Shown: positions 1 to 9,068 of the stretch, in pieces | How the letters are laid out: every line of letters starts with the position of its first letter | Numbering within the stretch: position 1 is the first letter of the stretch | NCBI GenBank assembly: GCA_003213715.1 | Contig: QCMN01000003.1 | Coordinates: 13,057-77,056, forward strand | DNA length: 64,000 nt | Source: Pelagibacteraceae bacterium AG-422-B15 | Lineage (GTDB): Bacteria > Pseudomonadota > Alphaproteobacteria > Pelagibacterales > AG-422-B15 | Reading direction: 5' to 3' | Notes under the pieces: generated by a model | The model's input: the letters and a program-made list of their open reading frames with translations, nothing else | Databases searched by the model: none | Told to the model about the DNA's origin: nothing | Program-made: the position numbers and the translations under genes

Positions 1-1
1 A

Positions 2-1249
2 CCGAAATGGGCTAAGGCAGAAATAGATGAAATTGATTTTCAAGATTTATACTATTACTCTTCTCCGAAAGATTTTAAAGAAAAGCCAAAATCTCTTGAT
101 GAAGTTGATCCTAAGTTATTGGAAACATACGAGAAACTAGGAATACCTCTAAAGGAACAGAAGGTTTTAGCTGGTGTTGCAGTAGATGCAGTTTTTGACA
201 GTGTGTCTGTTGCTACAACTTTTAAAGAGAAGTTAAATGAAATAGGTGTAATTTTTTGCCCTATATCAGAAGCTATACAAAAACACCCTGAGCTTGTAAA
301 AAAATATATTGGGTCTGTTATCCCTGTAACTGATCATTTTTATGCGACTTTGAATTCGGCTGTATTTAGTGATGGTTCGTTTGTATACATTCCAAAAGGA
401 GTTAAATGCCCAATGGAATTATCTACATATTTTAGAATTAATGCTTCTGAAACAGGACAGTTTGAGCGGACACTTATAATTGCAGATGAAGGAAGTTACG
501 TAAGTTATCTTGAAGGCTGTACAGCTCCAATGAGAGACGAAAATCAATTGCATGCAGCTAATGTTGAATTAGTTGCGCTTGATAATGCAGAAATAAAATA
601 TTCCACAGTTCAAAATTGGTATCCTGGAGATGAAAATGGAAAAGGAGGAATATATAATTTCGTAACGAAACGAGGTTTATGTAAAGGAAAAAACTCAAAA
701 ATTTCTTGGACTCAGATTGAAACGGGTTCTGCTATTACATGGAAGTATCCAAGTTGTATTTTGAGAGGAGATAATTCTACTGGTGAATTTTATTCTGTAG
801 CAATTACCAATAATTATCAGCAAGCTGATACTGGTACAAAAATGATCCACTTAGGGAAAAATACAAAAAGTAGAATCATCTCTAAAGGAATTTCTGCAGG
901 CAAATCATCTAATACTTATCGAGGGCTTGTTAGCTTTCACAAAAAAGCTAAAAATGCAAAAAACTTTACCCAGTGTGATTCATTATTAGTTGGTAGTGAG
1001 TGTAAAGCCAATACTATTCCTTTAACTGAAAATAGCTCTAATAGTTCATCTATAGAACATGAAGCAACAACCTCAAAAATAAGTGATGAGCAATTGTTTT
1101 ATTGTATGCAAAGAGGTTTAGATGCGGAAGAAGCACAAAGTTTAATTGTAAATGGTTTTTGCAAAGAAGTATTGCAAAAACTTCCAATGGAGTTTGCTGT
1201 CGAAGCTCAAAAACTTGTAAGTATAAGTTTGGAAGGAAGTGTTGGATAG
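2..1249 (+). CDS. sufB: Fe-S cluster assembly protein SufB (5'-truncated by the window edge)
   Basis: Frame is open from position 2 ([20 protein letters not shown]). Contains SufB motifs [27 protein letters not shown] and HEATTSKI. Confidence 0.97.
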   Translation, partial: PKWAKAEIDEIDFQDLYYYSSPKDFKEKPKSLDEVDPKLLETYEKLGIPLKEQKVLAGVAVDAVFDSVSVATTFKEKLNEIGVIFCPISEAIQKHPELVKKYIGSVIPVTDHFYATLNSAVFSDGSFVYIPKGVKCPMELSTYFRINASETGQFERTLIIADEGSYVSYLEGCTAPMRDENQLHAANVELVALDNAEIKYSTVQNWYPGDENGKGGIYNFVTKRGLCKGKNSKISWTQIETGSAITWKYPSCILRGDNSTGEFYSVAITNNYQQADTGTKMIHLGKNTKSRIISKGISAGKSSNTYRGLVSFHKKAKNAKNFTQCDSLLVGSECKANTIPLTENSSNSSSIEHEATTSKISDEQLFYCMQRGLDAEEAQSLIVNGFCKEVLQKLPMEFAVEAQKLVSISLEGSVG

Positions 1250-1250
1250 T

Positions 1251-1979
1251 ATGTTAGAGATTAAAAATTTAAATGTTACCGTTGAAGAAAAACAAATTTT
1301 AAAAAACTTAAATTTAAACATTGGAAAGGGTGAAGTACATGCCATAATGGGTCCTAATGGCTCAGGTAAAAGCACTATCGCTCATACTCTAGCTGGTAAA
1401 CCAAACTATAATGTAGATTCAGGGGAAGTTAATCTCAATGGTGAAGATTTACTCTCAAAAGATCCTTATGAGAGATCATTAAATGGTCTTTTCCTTGCTT
1501 TTCAATACCCAATTGAACTTCCTGGAGTCACTAATGCTTCATATCTAAAGCAGATTGTTAATGCACATCGAAAGTCAAGAAAAGAAACACCAATTGATGC
1601 TGGAGAATTTCTAAAAATTCTAAAAGAAAAATCAAAACTTCTAGATATACCAATGGACATGCATAGTCGTTTTGTAAATGCTGGCTTCTCTGGGGGAGAG
1701 AAGAAGAAAAATGAGGTCCTTCAAATGGATTTGCTTAATCCAAGTTTAATTATTATGGACGAAACAGACTCAGGCCTAGATGTTGATGCACTAAAAACCA
1801 CTGCAGACGCAATTAATAAATTAAGAAATGATGAAAGATCATTTATTATTATAACTCATTACTTAAGATTATTAGAATATATTGAGCCTGATTACGTCCA
1901 TGTATTTCAAAATGGCTCAGTTATAGAAACTGGTGACAAGACTTTAGCTTCAAGAATAGATCAAGAAGGATACAGTTAA
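1251..1979 (+). CDS. sufC: Fe-S cluster assembly ATPase SufC
   Basis: Walker A GPNGSGKST, FSGGEKKKNE and DETDSGLD motifs. Follows sufB. ATG at 1251 preferred over TTG at 1239. Confidence 0.96.
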   Translation: MLEIKNLNVTVEEKQILKNLNLNIGKGEVHAIMGPNGSGKSTIAHTLAGKPNYNVDSGEVNLNGEDLLSKDPYERSLNGLFLAFQYPIELPGVTNASYLKQIVNAHRKSRKETPIDAGEFLKILKEKSKLLDIPMDMHSRFVNAGFSGGEKKKNEVLQMDLLNPSLIIMDETDSGLDVDALKTTADAINKLRNDERSFIIITHYLRLLEYIEPDYVHVFQNGSVIETGDKTLASRIDQEGYS

Positions 1980-2893
1980 TGAAAACTTTAACACCTTCAA
2001 TAATGGAATTAACGGATAATTTTTCGATTGAAACCAATTCTATGGATCTATCTATATCACACGAGATAATAAATGATGAACTAAAATTAAAAATCACTGC
2101 GAATTATTCACAAATACCTTCACGAATAAAATTAATAAGCAGTAATAGAAGCAACTTTAAAATTATTGCTGATATATATTTAAACGAGAATGCTACTTTA
2201 GAGATTATTGACGAAAATGATTATATAATTGATACATCTTTTATTTTTAAATCATTTTTAGCTTCCCGCTCAGTACTTGAATTATACAGATTTAATAAGT
2301 TTCAATCCGATACTAACAACTCATTTGTTCATACTTGTAATATGTCAAATGGTTCAATTTTTAAAGATTTTAATTTTACAAACGGTTCAGATTTTACAAA
2401 TAACGAGACTAAGATTAATTTAAATGAAGAAAATGCAAAGTATGTTGGCAGTGGCGTTGTCATGTCCAATTCATCAAAATGTGAAAATAATTTAGAAATA
2501 AGACACTTAAGTAAATCTGCGGTATCAGATTGTTCATTTAAAGCCGTAACTCGTGGATCATCCAATGTTTCGTTTAAAGGAAAAGTATTTGTTGATGAAA
2601 ATTGCTCAAATACACAATCTAACCAAATTAGTAAAGGTTTGTTAATTGACGAGGAATCTAAAATTAATCTTACACCAATACTTGAAATAAATAATGATGA
2701 TGTAGTTTGTTCTCATGGTGCGGCTTCAGGAAAAGCTGATGAGGAAGTACTATTCTATTTAGCTTCTAGAGGAATTTCAAAGAGTGAAGCTGAAAGAATA
2801 TACATACAGGGCTTTTTATCAGAGTTTATAGAAAAGATTGAAGATGCAGAAATGCAAGCTAAAGGCCAAAATTTTATCAACGAGAATTGTTAA
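1979..2893 (+). CDS. sufD: Fe-S cluster assembly protein SufD (short, divergent N-terminus)
   Basis: C-terminal PILEINNDDVVCSHGA and LFYLASRGI motifs; lies between sufC and sufS. Confidence 0.9.
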   Translation: MKTLTPSIMELTDNFSIETNSMDLSISHEIINDELKLKITANYSQIPSRIKLISSNRSNFKIIADIYLNENATLEIIDENDYIIDTSFIFKSFLASRSVLELYRFNKFQSDTNNSFVHTCNMSNGSIFKDFNFTNGSDFTNNETKINLNEENAKYVGSGVVMSNSSKCENNLEIRHLSKSAVSDCSFKAVTRGSSNVSFKGKVFVDENCSNTQSNQISKGLLIDEESKINLTPILEINNDDVVCSHGAASGKADEEVLFYLASRGISKSEAERIYIQGFLSEFIEKIEDAEMQAKGQNFINENC

Positions 2894-2894
2894 C

Positions 2895-4127
2895 ATGGAT
2901 GACTCTAAAACTTTAAATTTAAATGTTAGAAAAGATTTTCCAATTCTTTCTAAAAAGATATTGGAAAAAAAAGATCTTATTTATTTTGACACTGCAGCTT
3001 CTGCTCAAAAACCAAATACAGTTATTGATGAAACAAATGATTTCTATAAAAATCACTATTCTAATGTTAGCAGGGGAGTTCATACACTATCTGTTGAATC
3101 AACATTTAGATATGAGGACGCTAGAAAAAAAGTTCAAAAATTCTTAAATGCAAGGTCTGAAAATGAAATTATTTTCACAAAAAGTGCCACAGAAGGAATA
3201 AATTTAGTCGCTCAAACTTTCTATGAAAAGTTTATGCAAAAGGGAGATGAGGTAATTTTATCTCTAATCGAGCACCACTCAAATTTAATACCTTGGTTTT
3301 TTTTAAGAGACAAGTATGGCGTTGTACTAAAGTTTGCAAATATTCAACCATCAGGAGAAATTGATATTGATCATTTTAATAGTCTATTCACAAATAAAAC
3401 AAAAATTGTATCTTTGACGCATCTTTCAAACGTTTTTGGTACTGAATTAAATGAAAAGGCTATAAGTATCTGTAAAGATAAAAATGTTCCCATTCTCCTT
3501 GATGGTTGTCAATCAGCTGCTCATTTGAAAATTGATGTTCAAAAACTAGGTTGTGATTTTTTTGTTTTCTCTGGACACAAAACTTATGGTCCTGCTGGTA
3601 TTGGAGTTTTATATGGAACTGAAAATCTTTTATCAGAAATGCCCCCCTATCAAGGTGGAGGAGGAATGATTGGAGACGTGAGTCTAGAAGGTGCAAGTTA
3701 CGCAGAATTACCAGCGAAATATGAAGCAGGAACTCCTCCATTAGTCGAAGCGCACGGATTGGGTATAGCAATTGATTACATGAATAAAATTGGACTCGAT
3801 AATATTATTGAGCATGAAAATGAAATTACTAAATATGCGTTCAATAAATTAAACGAAATTGATTTTATCGAAATTCACGGTGGAGATAATAAAAGGAACT
3901 CTATCATATCCTTTAATATTAAAAATGTTCACTCCCACGAAGTATCTTCGTTCTTAGATGTTGAAGGAATAGCAATTAGAGCAGGTCATCACTGTTGCCA
4001 GCCTTTAATGAAACATCTTGGTGTCAATTCAACGGCCAGATTATCTTTTGGTGTGTATAATTCATTAGAAGAAGTTGATAAATTTGTTATTGCGCTACAT
4101 AAATGTAAGGAGTTTTTTAATAAATGA
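2895..4127 (+). CDS. sufS: Cysteine desulfurase SufS
   Basis: YFDTAASAQKP, FSGHK (PLP lysine) and RAGHHCCQP motifs. ATG at 2895 follows the sufD stop. Confidence 0.96.
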   Translation: MDDSKTLNLNVRKDFPILSKKILEKKDLIYFDTAASAQKPNTVIDETNDFYKNHYSNVSRGVHTLSVESTFRYEDARKKVQKFLNARSENEIIFTKSATEGINLVAQTFYEKFMQKGDEVILSLIEHHSNLIPWFFLRDKYGVVLKFANIQPSGEIDIDHFNSLFTNKTKIVSLTHLSNVFGTELNEKAISICKDKNVPILLDGCQSAAHLKIDVQKLGCDFFVFSGHKTYGPAGIGVLYGTENLLSEMPPYQGGGGMIGDVSLEGASYAELPAKYEAGTPPLVEAHGLGIAIDYMNKIGLDNIIEHENEITKYAFNKLNEIDFIEIHGGDNKRNSIISFNIKNVHSHEVSSFLDVEGIAIRAGHHCCQPLMKHLGVNSTARLSFGVYNSLEEVDKFVIALHKCKEFFNK

Positions 4128-4558
4128 ATAATTTAATAAATGATCTTTACCAAGAAATAATTTTAGATCACGGACGTGAACCAAGAAATTTTGGTGAATG
4201 TGAACCTCATAATAAAAGTGCCGATGGTCATAATCCATTGTGCGGTGACAATTTAAAGCTTACTTTTCTTCTTAATGATCAAAATATAATAGAAGACATT
4301 AAATTCACAGGTGAGGGGTGTGCCATATCACTTGCTTCTGCATCATTAATGACAGAAAAATTAAAAGGTAAAAAAATTGAAGTCGCTCAGGAAATATTTA
4401 AGGATTTTACAAATCTTGTTTCAGGTTCAGATGAAGACCTAAAAGTTTTAAATGAGGAAGATTCACTCTATGCCTTAAAGGGAGTAGGTAGATTTCCAAT
4501 GAGGGTAAAGTGCGCAACAATGGCATGGCATGCTTTTAACCAGGCTTTAAAAGATTAA
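4124..4558 (+). CDS. sufU: SufU-type sulfur transfer/scaffold protein
   Basis: [20 protein letters not shown] and RVKCATMAW motifs. Confidence 0.93.
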   Translation: MNNLINDLYQEIILDHGREPRNFGECEPHNKSADGHNPLCGDNLKLTFLLNDQNIIEDIKFTGEGCAISLASASLMTEKLKGKKIEVAQEIFKDFTNLVSGSDEDLKVLNEEDSLYALKGVGRFPMRVKCATMAWHAFNQALKD

Positions 4559-4560
4559 TT

Positions 4561-5142
4561 ATGAGACTATATCCTGTATATCTTGCACTGCTTGTATTAT
4601 TTATTGTTTTGCAACTTATTTATGGAAACCGGTCTTTTGCCGATATAAACTTAGAGGAGTACGATATGTCAAAAGTAGAAGTAATGGATACACCTTTCTG
4701 GTGTTCTGCCACGCCTGAAGAAAGACAGGAAGCTATTAATAACCTTACTGAAGAACAGAGAATTGTTGCTTTAGAGAATGGAACAGAGAGGCCATTTTTT
4801 AATGAATATTGGAATAGTAAAGATGTTGGGATTTATGTTGATGTAATTTCAGGAGAACCCTTATTCTCCTCTTTAGATAAATTTGATTCAGGAACAGGTT
4901 GGCCGAGTTTTGATAAGCCAATAAATGGAATAGAAATTGTAGAAGTTGTTGATAAATCCCATGGAATGGTTCGCACAGAGGTAAGAAGTCAATATGGCGA
5001 CGCACACCTTGGCCATTTATTTGATGATGGACCCACTGAAACTGGATTAAGATATTGTATTAATTCGGCTTCCTTAAGATTTGTTCCTCTAGAAAAGTTA
5101 AGTGAAGAAGGCTATGAGGATTTTGTAGAATTATTTAACTAA
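4561..5142 (+). CDS. msrB: Peptide-methionine (R)-S-oxide reductase MsrB, possible N-terminal signal peptide; alternative start at 4666
   Basis: [27 protein letters not shown] and RYCINSASL motifs. Lacks the Zn-binding CxxC pairs. Confidence 0.95.
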   Translation: MRLYPVYLALLVLFIVLQLIYGNRSFADINLEEYDMSKVEVMDTPFWCSATPEERQEAINNLTEEQRIVALENGTERPFFNEYWNSKDVGIYVDVISGEPLFSSLDKFDSGTGWPSFDKPINGIEIVEVVDKSHGMVRTEVRSQYGDAHLGHLFDDGPTETGLRYCINSASLRFVPLEKLSEEGYEDFVELFN

Positions 5143-5451
5143 ATGGAAAAAGTAGAAGATCAAAAAGTTATAGATGCATTAAAGACTGTATTTGACCCTG
5201 AAATTCCAGTTGATTTGTACGAATTAGGTCTAATTTACAAATGTGAGGTTACTCCTGATAATGATGTTATTATTCAAATGACATTAACTACACCAAATTG
5301 TCCTGTAGCAGATGAAATGCCAAAAAAAGTAAAAGAAGCTGTCGACGCTGTACCTGGGGTAAAACATGTTGCAGTTGATCTTGTATGGGATCCACCATGG
5401 GATATGTCTCGCATGTCGGATGTTGCGAGATTAGAACTAGACATGATGTAA
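5143..5451 (+). CDS. sufT: DUF59/SufT-PaaD family Fe-S assembly protein
   Basis: DPEIPVDLYELGLIY, MTLTTPNCP and VWDPPW motifs. Confidence 0.9.
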   Translation: MEKVEDQKVIDALKTVFDPEIPVDLYELGLIYKCEVTPDNDVIIQMTLTTPNCPVADEMPKKVKEAVDAVPGVKHVAVDLVWDPPWDMSRMSDVARLELDMM

Positions 5452-5518
5452 GATATCCACTTGAAATACAAAAATACCTATATATTTTAGATAATAATCA
5501 TATATAAACTCAATTTAA

Positions 5519-5594
5519 GAGCCCGTAGCTCAGTTGGTAGAGCACTCCCCTTTTAAGGGAGTTGTCCTCGGTTCGAACCCGAGCGGGCTCGCCA
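5519..5594 (+). tRNA. tRNA-Lys (anticodon TTT), encoded CCA, discriminator G
   Basis: Acceptor stem GAGCCCG/CGGGCTC; D-arm GCTCAGTTGGTAGAGC; anticodon arm CTCCC-CTTTTAA-GGGAG; T-arm CTCGG-TTCGAAC-CCGAG; 76 nt. Confidence 0.97.
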
Positions 5595-5595
5595 C
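5550..5595 (+). repeat. att core copy 1 (3' half of intact tRNA-Lys)
   Basis: CTTTTAAGGGAGTTGTCCTCGGTTCGAACCCGAGCGGGCTC-G-CCAC. Confidence 0.95.
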
Positions 5596-5639
5596 GGTTT
5601 TGAACGATTTTCAATTAGTTATTACTTTCGAAACAAACA

Positions 5640-5661
5640 GTGCAGTCAATGTGCAGTCATT
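5640..5661 (+). repeat. Tandem 11-bp direct repeats, candidate integrase arm-type sites (left)
   Basis: GTGCAGTCAAT followed by GTGCAGTCATT; same motif and orientation at 6709-6750. Confidence 0.7.
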
Positions 5662-5675
5662 AGAACGGTAAAAAC

Positions 5676-6644
5676 TTAATTCATTGCCAACATATTTAGC
5701 ACCTTAAGCTGAGAATTGATTTCTGCTATTTGAGCTTTCAATAAATCATTTTCATTCTGAATCGCTTCATTCTTTGCCATCACTGCATCAATTTTATTCT
5801 CTAGTAATAAGTTGTTATCTTTAGCTTCTCTCACTGGTTTTGGAGCACCGAATTTAAATGTTATGCCAGCTTTAAGAGTTGCGTCGTCGCCTTCGCCGTA
5901 AACGACTGATGCAGCTCCTATATTGAATGATGCTTTTTGAAACATCTCAGGCATAGAGTCAACAAATGAGTAATTGGCAAAATCAAAACCACATCCACCA
6001 GAAATTGCCGATGCACTGTCATGAAATCCAGTTCCAAGTCCACACGTATAGCCTGCGCCTTCAGCTCCTGTTGGAAGTGAAGCAAATGCAGCGCCTAATG
6101 CAATAGAGCTGTCTATGCTTCCCATTACGTCCTCACCATCTATTAGTAAATTTGTACCAGATGGAATGTTGATATCAATTCTATTACCAGAGGAATTTGT
6201 TGCATATAAATGCTGCCGGCCACCTATTTCTTGTGTAACAAGAGAGTTTTCTCCAATATGCAAAGCTCCATTACCATCAACTCTCACCATTTTGTTAATA
6301 GGTATATTTTGATAAGGTGCTAAGCTATATATTGAACCTCCTGATGATCTTATTGCGTCAGACCAACTATCAGAATTAAAGTCATATACCTTAATTTCGG
6401 ATGTTAGACCTGCTCCTTGATGAATATAGAATTTATTTTCATATGCATCAAAATAACTGTTATCTGTTGCTATTCCTTGATCAAGCGTGATCGATGTAAC
6501 GACTGTTTCTGAGCCACTTGATTGGTCTATTTTAAGTAATTGATAAGTATTGCCCTCTGAATTTTTAAACATCAAAAGATTATCTGCAGAGAAAGCAAAG
6601 GTTGTTAATAAAAATGAATAAAATAATATTAGAATATATTTCAT
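5676..6644 (-). CDS. Secreted/outer-membrane protein with YadA-anchor-like segment and C-terminal coiled coil
   Basis: Signal peptide (..TTFAFSA). SIALGAAFASLP...GLGTGFHDSASAISGG resembles the YadA anchor. Heptad-rich tail. SD AAGGAG upstream. Confidence 0.7.
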   Translation of the reverse strand: MKYILILFYSFLLTTFAFSADNLLMFKNSEGNTYQLLKIDQSSGSETVVTSITLDQGIATDNSYFDAYENKFYIHQGAGLTSEIKVYDFNSDSWSDAIRSSGGSIYSLAPYQNIPINKMVRVDGNGALHIGENSLVTQEIGGRQHLYATNSSGNRIDINIPSGTNLLIDGEDVMGSIDSSIALGAAFASLPTGAEGAGYTCGLGTGFHDSASAISGGCGFDFANYSFVDSMPEMFQKASFNIGAASVVYGEGDDATLKAGITFKFGAPKPVREAKDNNLLLENKIDAVMAKNEAIQNENDLLKAQIAEINSQLKVLNMLAMN

Positions 6645-6708
6645 ATAGTCTCCTTTAAAAATTATTATTTAATTTTAACAAGTTTAATAAAAAAAAAGAT
6701 GCCAATTT

Positions 6709-6750
6709 TTGTAGTCAATTTGCAGTCATTTTTAATGAAAATCAGTCATT
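6709..6750 (+). repeat. Tandem 11-bp direct repeats, candidate integrase arm-type sites (right)
   Basis: TTGTAGTCAAT (6709-6719), TTGCAGTCATT (6720-6730), AATCAGTCATT (6740-6750). Confidence 0.7.
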
Positions 6751-6798
6751 GACTTCTAATTAATTAGAACTAACTGTAGATAATTAACAATCTTGAGG

Positions 6799-6844
6799 CT
6801 TTTAAGGGAGTTGTCCTCGGTTCGAACCCGAGCGGGCTCACCAC
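6799..6844 (+). repeat. att core copy 2 (displaced 3' half of tRNA-Lys ending ACCA)
   Basis: 41 bp identical to 5550-5590, then A instead of G, then CCAC. Confidence 0.95.
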
Positions 6845-6852
6845 TTAATTAT

Positions 6853-7017
6853 ATGAAAAAAAAATTTTATCACAAGCTTGGCCCAGTACCTACAGAGGAA
6901 GATCTCAAAAATCCAAAAAAACTAAATCCAAATAAAGCAAGAAACACAGTAATCATATGGTATTCGTTTGTTGCTATTTCTATTATACTTTACTTTGTAG
7001 TAACAAAATTGTTCTAA
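6853..7017 (+). CDS. Small single-TM hypothetical protein (54 aa)
   Basis: ATG at 6853 (MKKKFYHKLGP...); hydrophobic C-terminus; stop lies 8 bp before the next gene. Confidence 0.6.
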   Translation: MKKKFYHKLGPVPTEEDLKNPKKLNPNKARNTVIIWYSFVAISIILYFVVTKLF

Positions 7018-7025
7018 TATGAACA

Positions 7026-7865
7026 ATGAAACAATATCATTTAAATAAACTATCTCCAGAACTGGGGGCAGAAATTGGTGGAATTGATTTGTCAAAAGAT
7101 TTTAATGAAGAAATTCAAAATAAAATTTATGACGACTTAATAAATTACAAAGTTTTATTTTTTAGGGAGCAAAATATTACTCCGCAATTTCACGTTGAAT
7201 TTGCAAAAAGCTTTGGTTCGATTGAAGAGCCGCACCCCGTTTATCCTCATATAGAGGGATTTCCTGAAATTGTTTTACTAGAAAATGATAAGGATAACCC
7301 ACCGGATACAGATGAATGGCATACTGATGTAACGTTTAAAAATGATCCACCTTTTGCATCTGTTTTGTACAGTAAAATAATTCCAGAAGTTGGAGGTGAT
7401 ACATTATGGAGTTCATTATCAAAAATATATGATGCGCTTCCCCATGAATTGAAATCGCAAATTGAAAACTTAAGGGCAATTCATGACATGGGAAGTTTTC
7501 GAAATAATTATATGAACGATGATAATAAAGAGTCTTCAATTAAATTAAATAAAGGGTTTGAAGAATTTGGAAATGCAGTTCATTCAGTTGTAAAGGTTCA
7601 TCCAATTTCCAGTGAGAAGTTTCTCTATATAAACCCTAGTTTTACTTCTCAGATCGTTGGTATGACAACAACAGACTCTAATAACTTACTCACATATTTA
7701 TTTAATTTTATGTGCAAACCAGAATTTCAAATAAGATTTAAGTGGACGCCAAATACATTAGTTATTTGGGATAATCGTTGCACAATGCATTATGCTATTG
7801 GTGACTATATGCCAAATAAACGTGTTATGCATAGAGTTACAGTCTTAAATGATCGCAGAGATTAA
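7026..7865 (+). CDS. tauD: TauD/TfdA family 2-oxoglutarate/Fe(II) dioxygenase
   Basis: WHTDVTF (HxD), GGDT and WDNRCTMH motifs. Substrate is not established. Confidence 0.85.
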   Translation: MKQYHLNKLSPELGAEIGGIDLSKDFNEEIQNKIYDDLINYKVLFFREQNITPQFHVEFAKSFGSIEEPHPVYPHIEGFPEIVLLENDKDNPPDTDEWHTDVTFKNDPPFASVLYSKIIPEVGGDTLWSSLSKIYDALPHELKSQIENLRAIHDMGSFRNNYMNDDNKESSIKLNKGFEEFGNAVHSVVKVHPISSEKFLYINPSFTSQIVGMTTTDSNNLLTYLFNFMCKPEFQIRFKWTPNTLVIWDNRCTMHYAIGDYMPNKRVMHRVTVLNDRRD

Positions 7866-7888
7866 ATAACTGTTAAATATTACTTTTA

Positions 7889-8434
7889 ATGAAAAATATT
7901 CTTATTGTACCTTTATTATTAATTATTTTTATAAGCAGATCGAATGGAGAAAATATTTTGAAAGACGATTTCACGAATGAGAATGAATGGACCTATATTG
8001 CAGATAATGTGATGGGTGGTATTTCTGAAGGTGGAGTTGAATTTAATTTGGGTGATAGCAATGTTTACGCCTTACTAAGCGGCAATGTTAGCACAGAAAA
8101 CAATGGCGGCTTTATTCAAATTCGTAGAGAACTTAAGAATATTGATTTAAGTAAAGCTAAGTCGATAAGGGTATATGCAAGAGGAAATAATGAAAAATAT
8201 TATATTTTTTTAAGAACAACAGGAACGATATTGCCATGGCAATACTATTCACATGAATTTACAGTAAATGAAGAATACAATGAATTTATAATGCAGATCC
8301 AAGATTTTAAGAAATCCGGATCTTTATTAGCAAAGCAAATTAATCCAAAGAAAATAACTTCTATTGGAATTGTAGCATATGGCAGGGACCATTATGCTGA
8401 ACTGTACGTCAAAGAATTAGAATTCTTGGAGTAA
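7889..8434 (+). CDS. CIA30 family protein
   Basis: DNVMGGIS and GNVSTENNGGF motifs; N-terminal signal/hydrophobic segment. Confidence 0.88.
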   Translation: MKNILIVPLLLIIFISRSNGENILKDDFTNENEWTYIADNVMGGISEGGVEFNLGDSNVYALLSGNVSTENNGGFIQIRRELKNIDLSKAKSIRVYARGNNEKYYIFLRTTGTILPWQYYSHEFTVNEEYNEFIMQIQDFKKSGSLLAKQINPKKITSIGIVAYGRDHYAELYVKELEFLE

Positions 8435-8438
8435 ATAT

Positions 8439-9068
8439 ATGTGGCTGTTTGAATGTGGATTAGACACAATTGAGTGGAGAAGAACTATAGTAGTTTATTT
8501 ATCTGCAATGGCTCCAATAATTTTATCTTTATATCTAATATATAAAAATCAAATGAAGAAATGGATTGCATTAACGTTATTATCTTCTTTTTTAATTGCT
8601 GCTATCGGATGGGAGATATGGGTTAATTTTGGACTTGTTGATGGTGATCCGGTTAATATCAGAAGATCTGGTGCAATGACATGTGCAATTCCAATGGAAA
8701 TTAATTGGTTAGTAAACTCATTGGCCGATACAGGTATTGTTTGGTTTGCAATAATTCTTGTTTATTGGATTTTTCCAAAAAGAGCTCTTGAGTATGAGAA
8801 GTTTCAATTAGTATCCTTGTCTATTTTTTTTATTTGGTTCATGGGTCAGAATTTTTTAGTGGAAGCTGTTATTTATCACAATCAAGTAGGAGGCGATGCA
8901 GTAATCTCTTGGGCACCATTAATGCCATTTGGCCCTTATTTTAATCCAACATTAATAAATTTTGGTGAAAGAGACATAACGCTCCAATCTCAATCTGCGT
9001 GGATTATCGGAACGATAGTTTTCTATTCTATATCTGTATATTTTTATAAAAAAACAAACGGAAAATAA
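8439..9068 (+). CDS. Hypothetical integral membrane protein
   Basis: 209-aa ORF with about 5 hydrophobic segments, tightly co-oriented with upstream genes. Confidence 0.75.
   Translation: MWLFECGLDTIEWRRTIVVYLSAMAPIILSLYLIYKNQMKKWIALTLLSSFLIAAIGWEIWVNFGLVDGDPVNIRRSGAMTCAIPMEINWLVNSLADTGIVWFAIILVYWIFPKRALEYEKFQLVSLSIFFIWFMGQNFLVEAVIYHNQVGGDAVISWAPLMPFGPYFNPTLINFGERDITLQSQSAWIIGTIVFYSISVYFYKKTNGK

Larger units (their letters stand above)
5550..6844. mobile_element. Integrase-less mini integrative element (1249-bp repeat unit) at tRNA-Lys, one cargo gene
   Basis: Flanked by a direct repeat of the tRNA 3' half (5550-5595 and 6799-6844). Carries internal 11-bp repeat pairs near both ends. No recombinase ORF. 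Confidence 0.8.

Noticed and set aside
5596-6798. Prophage or integrase remnant inside the att pair
   Set aside because: No tyrosine/serine recombinase motifs or phage genes; the space is filled by one cargo ORF and short spacers.
6793-6852. N-terminal extension of the ORF-track 74-aa ORF (MRLLRELSSVRTRAGSP...)
   Set aside because: It is a translation of the duplicated tRNA 3' half. The plausible start is the ATG at 6853.
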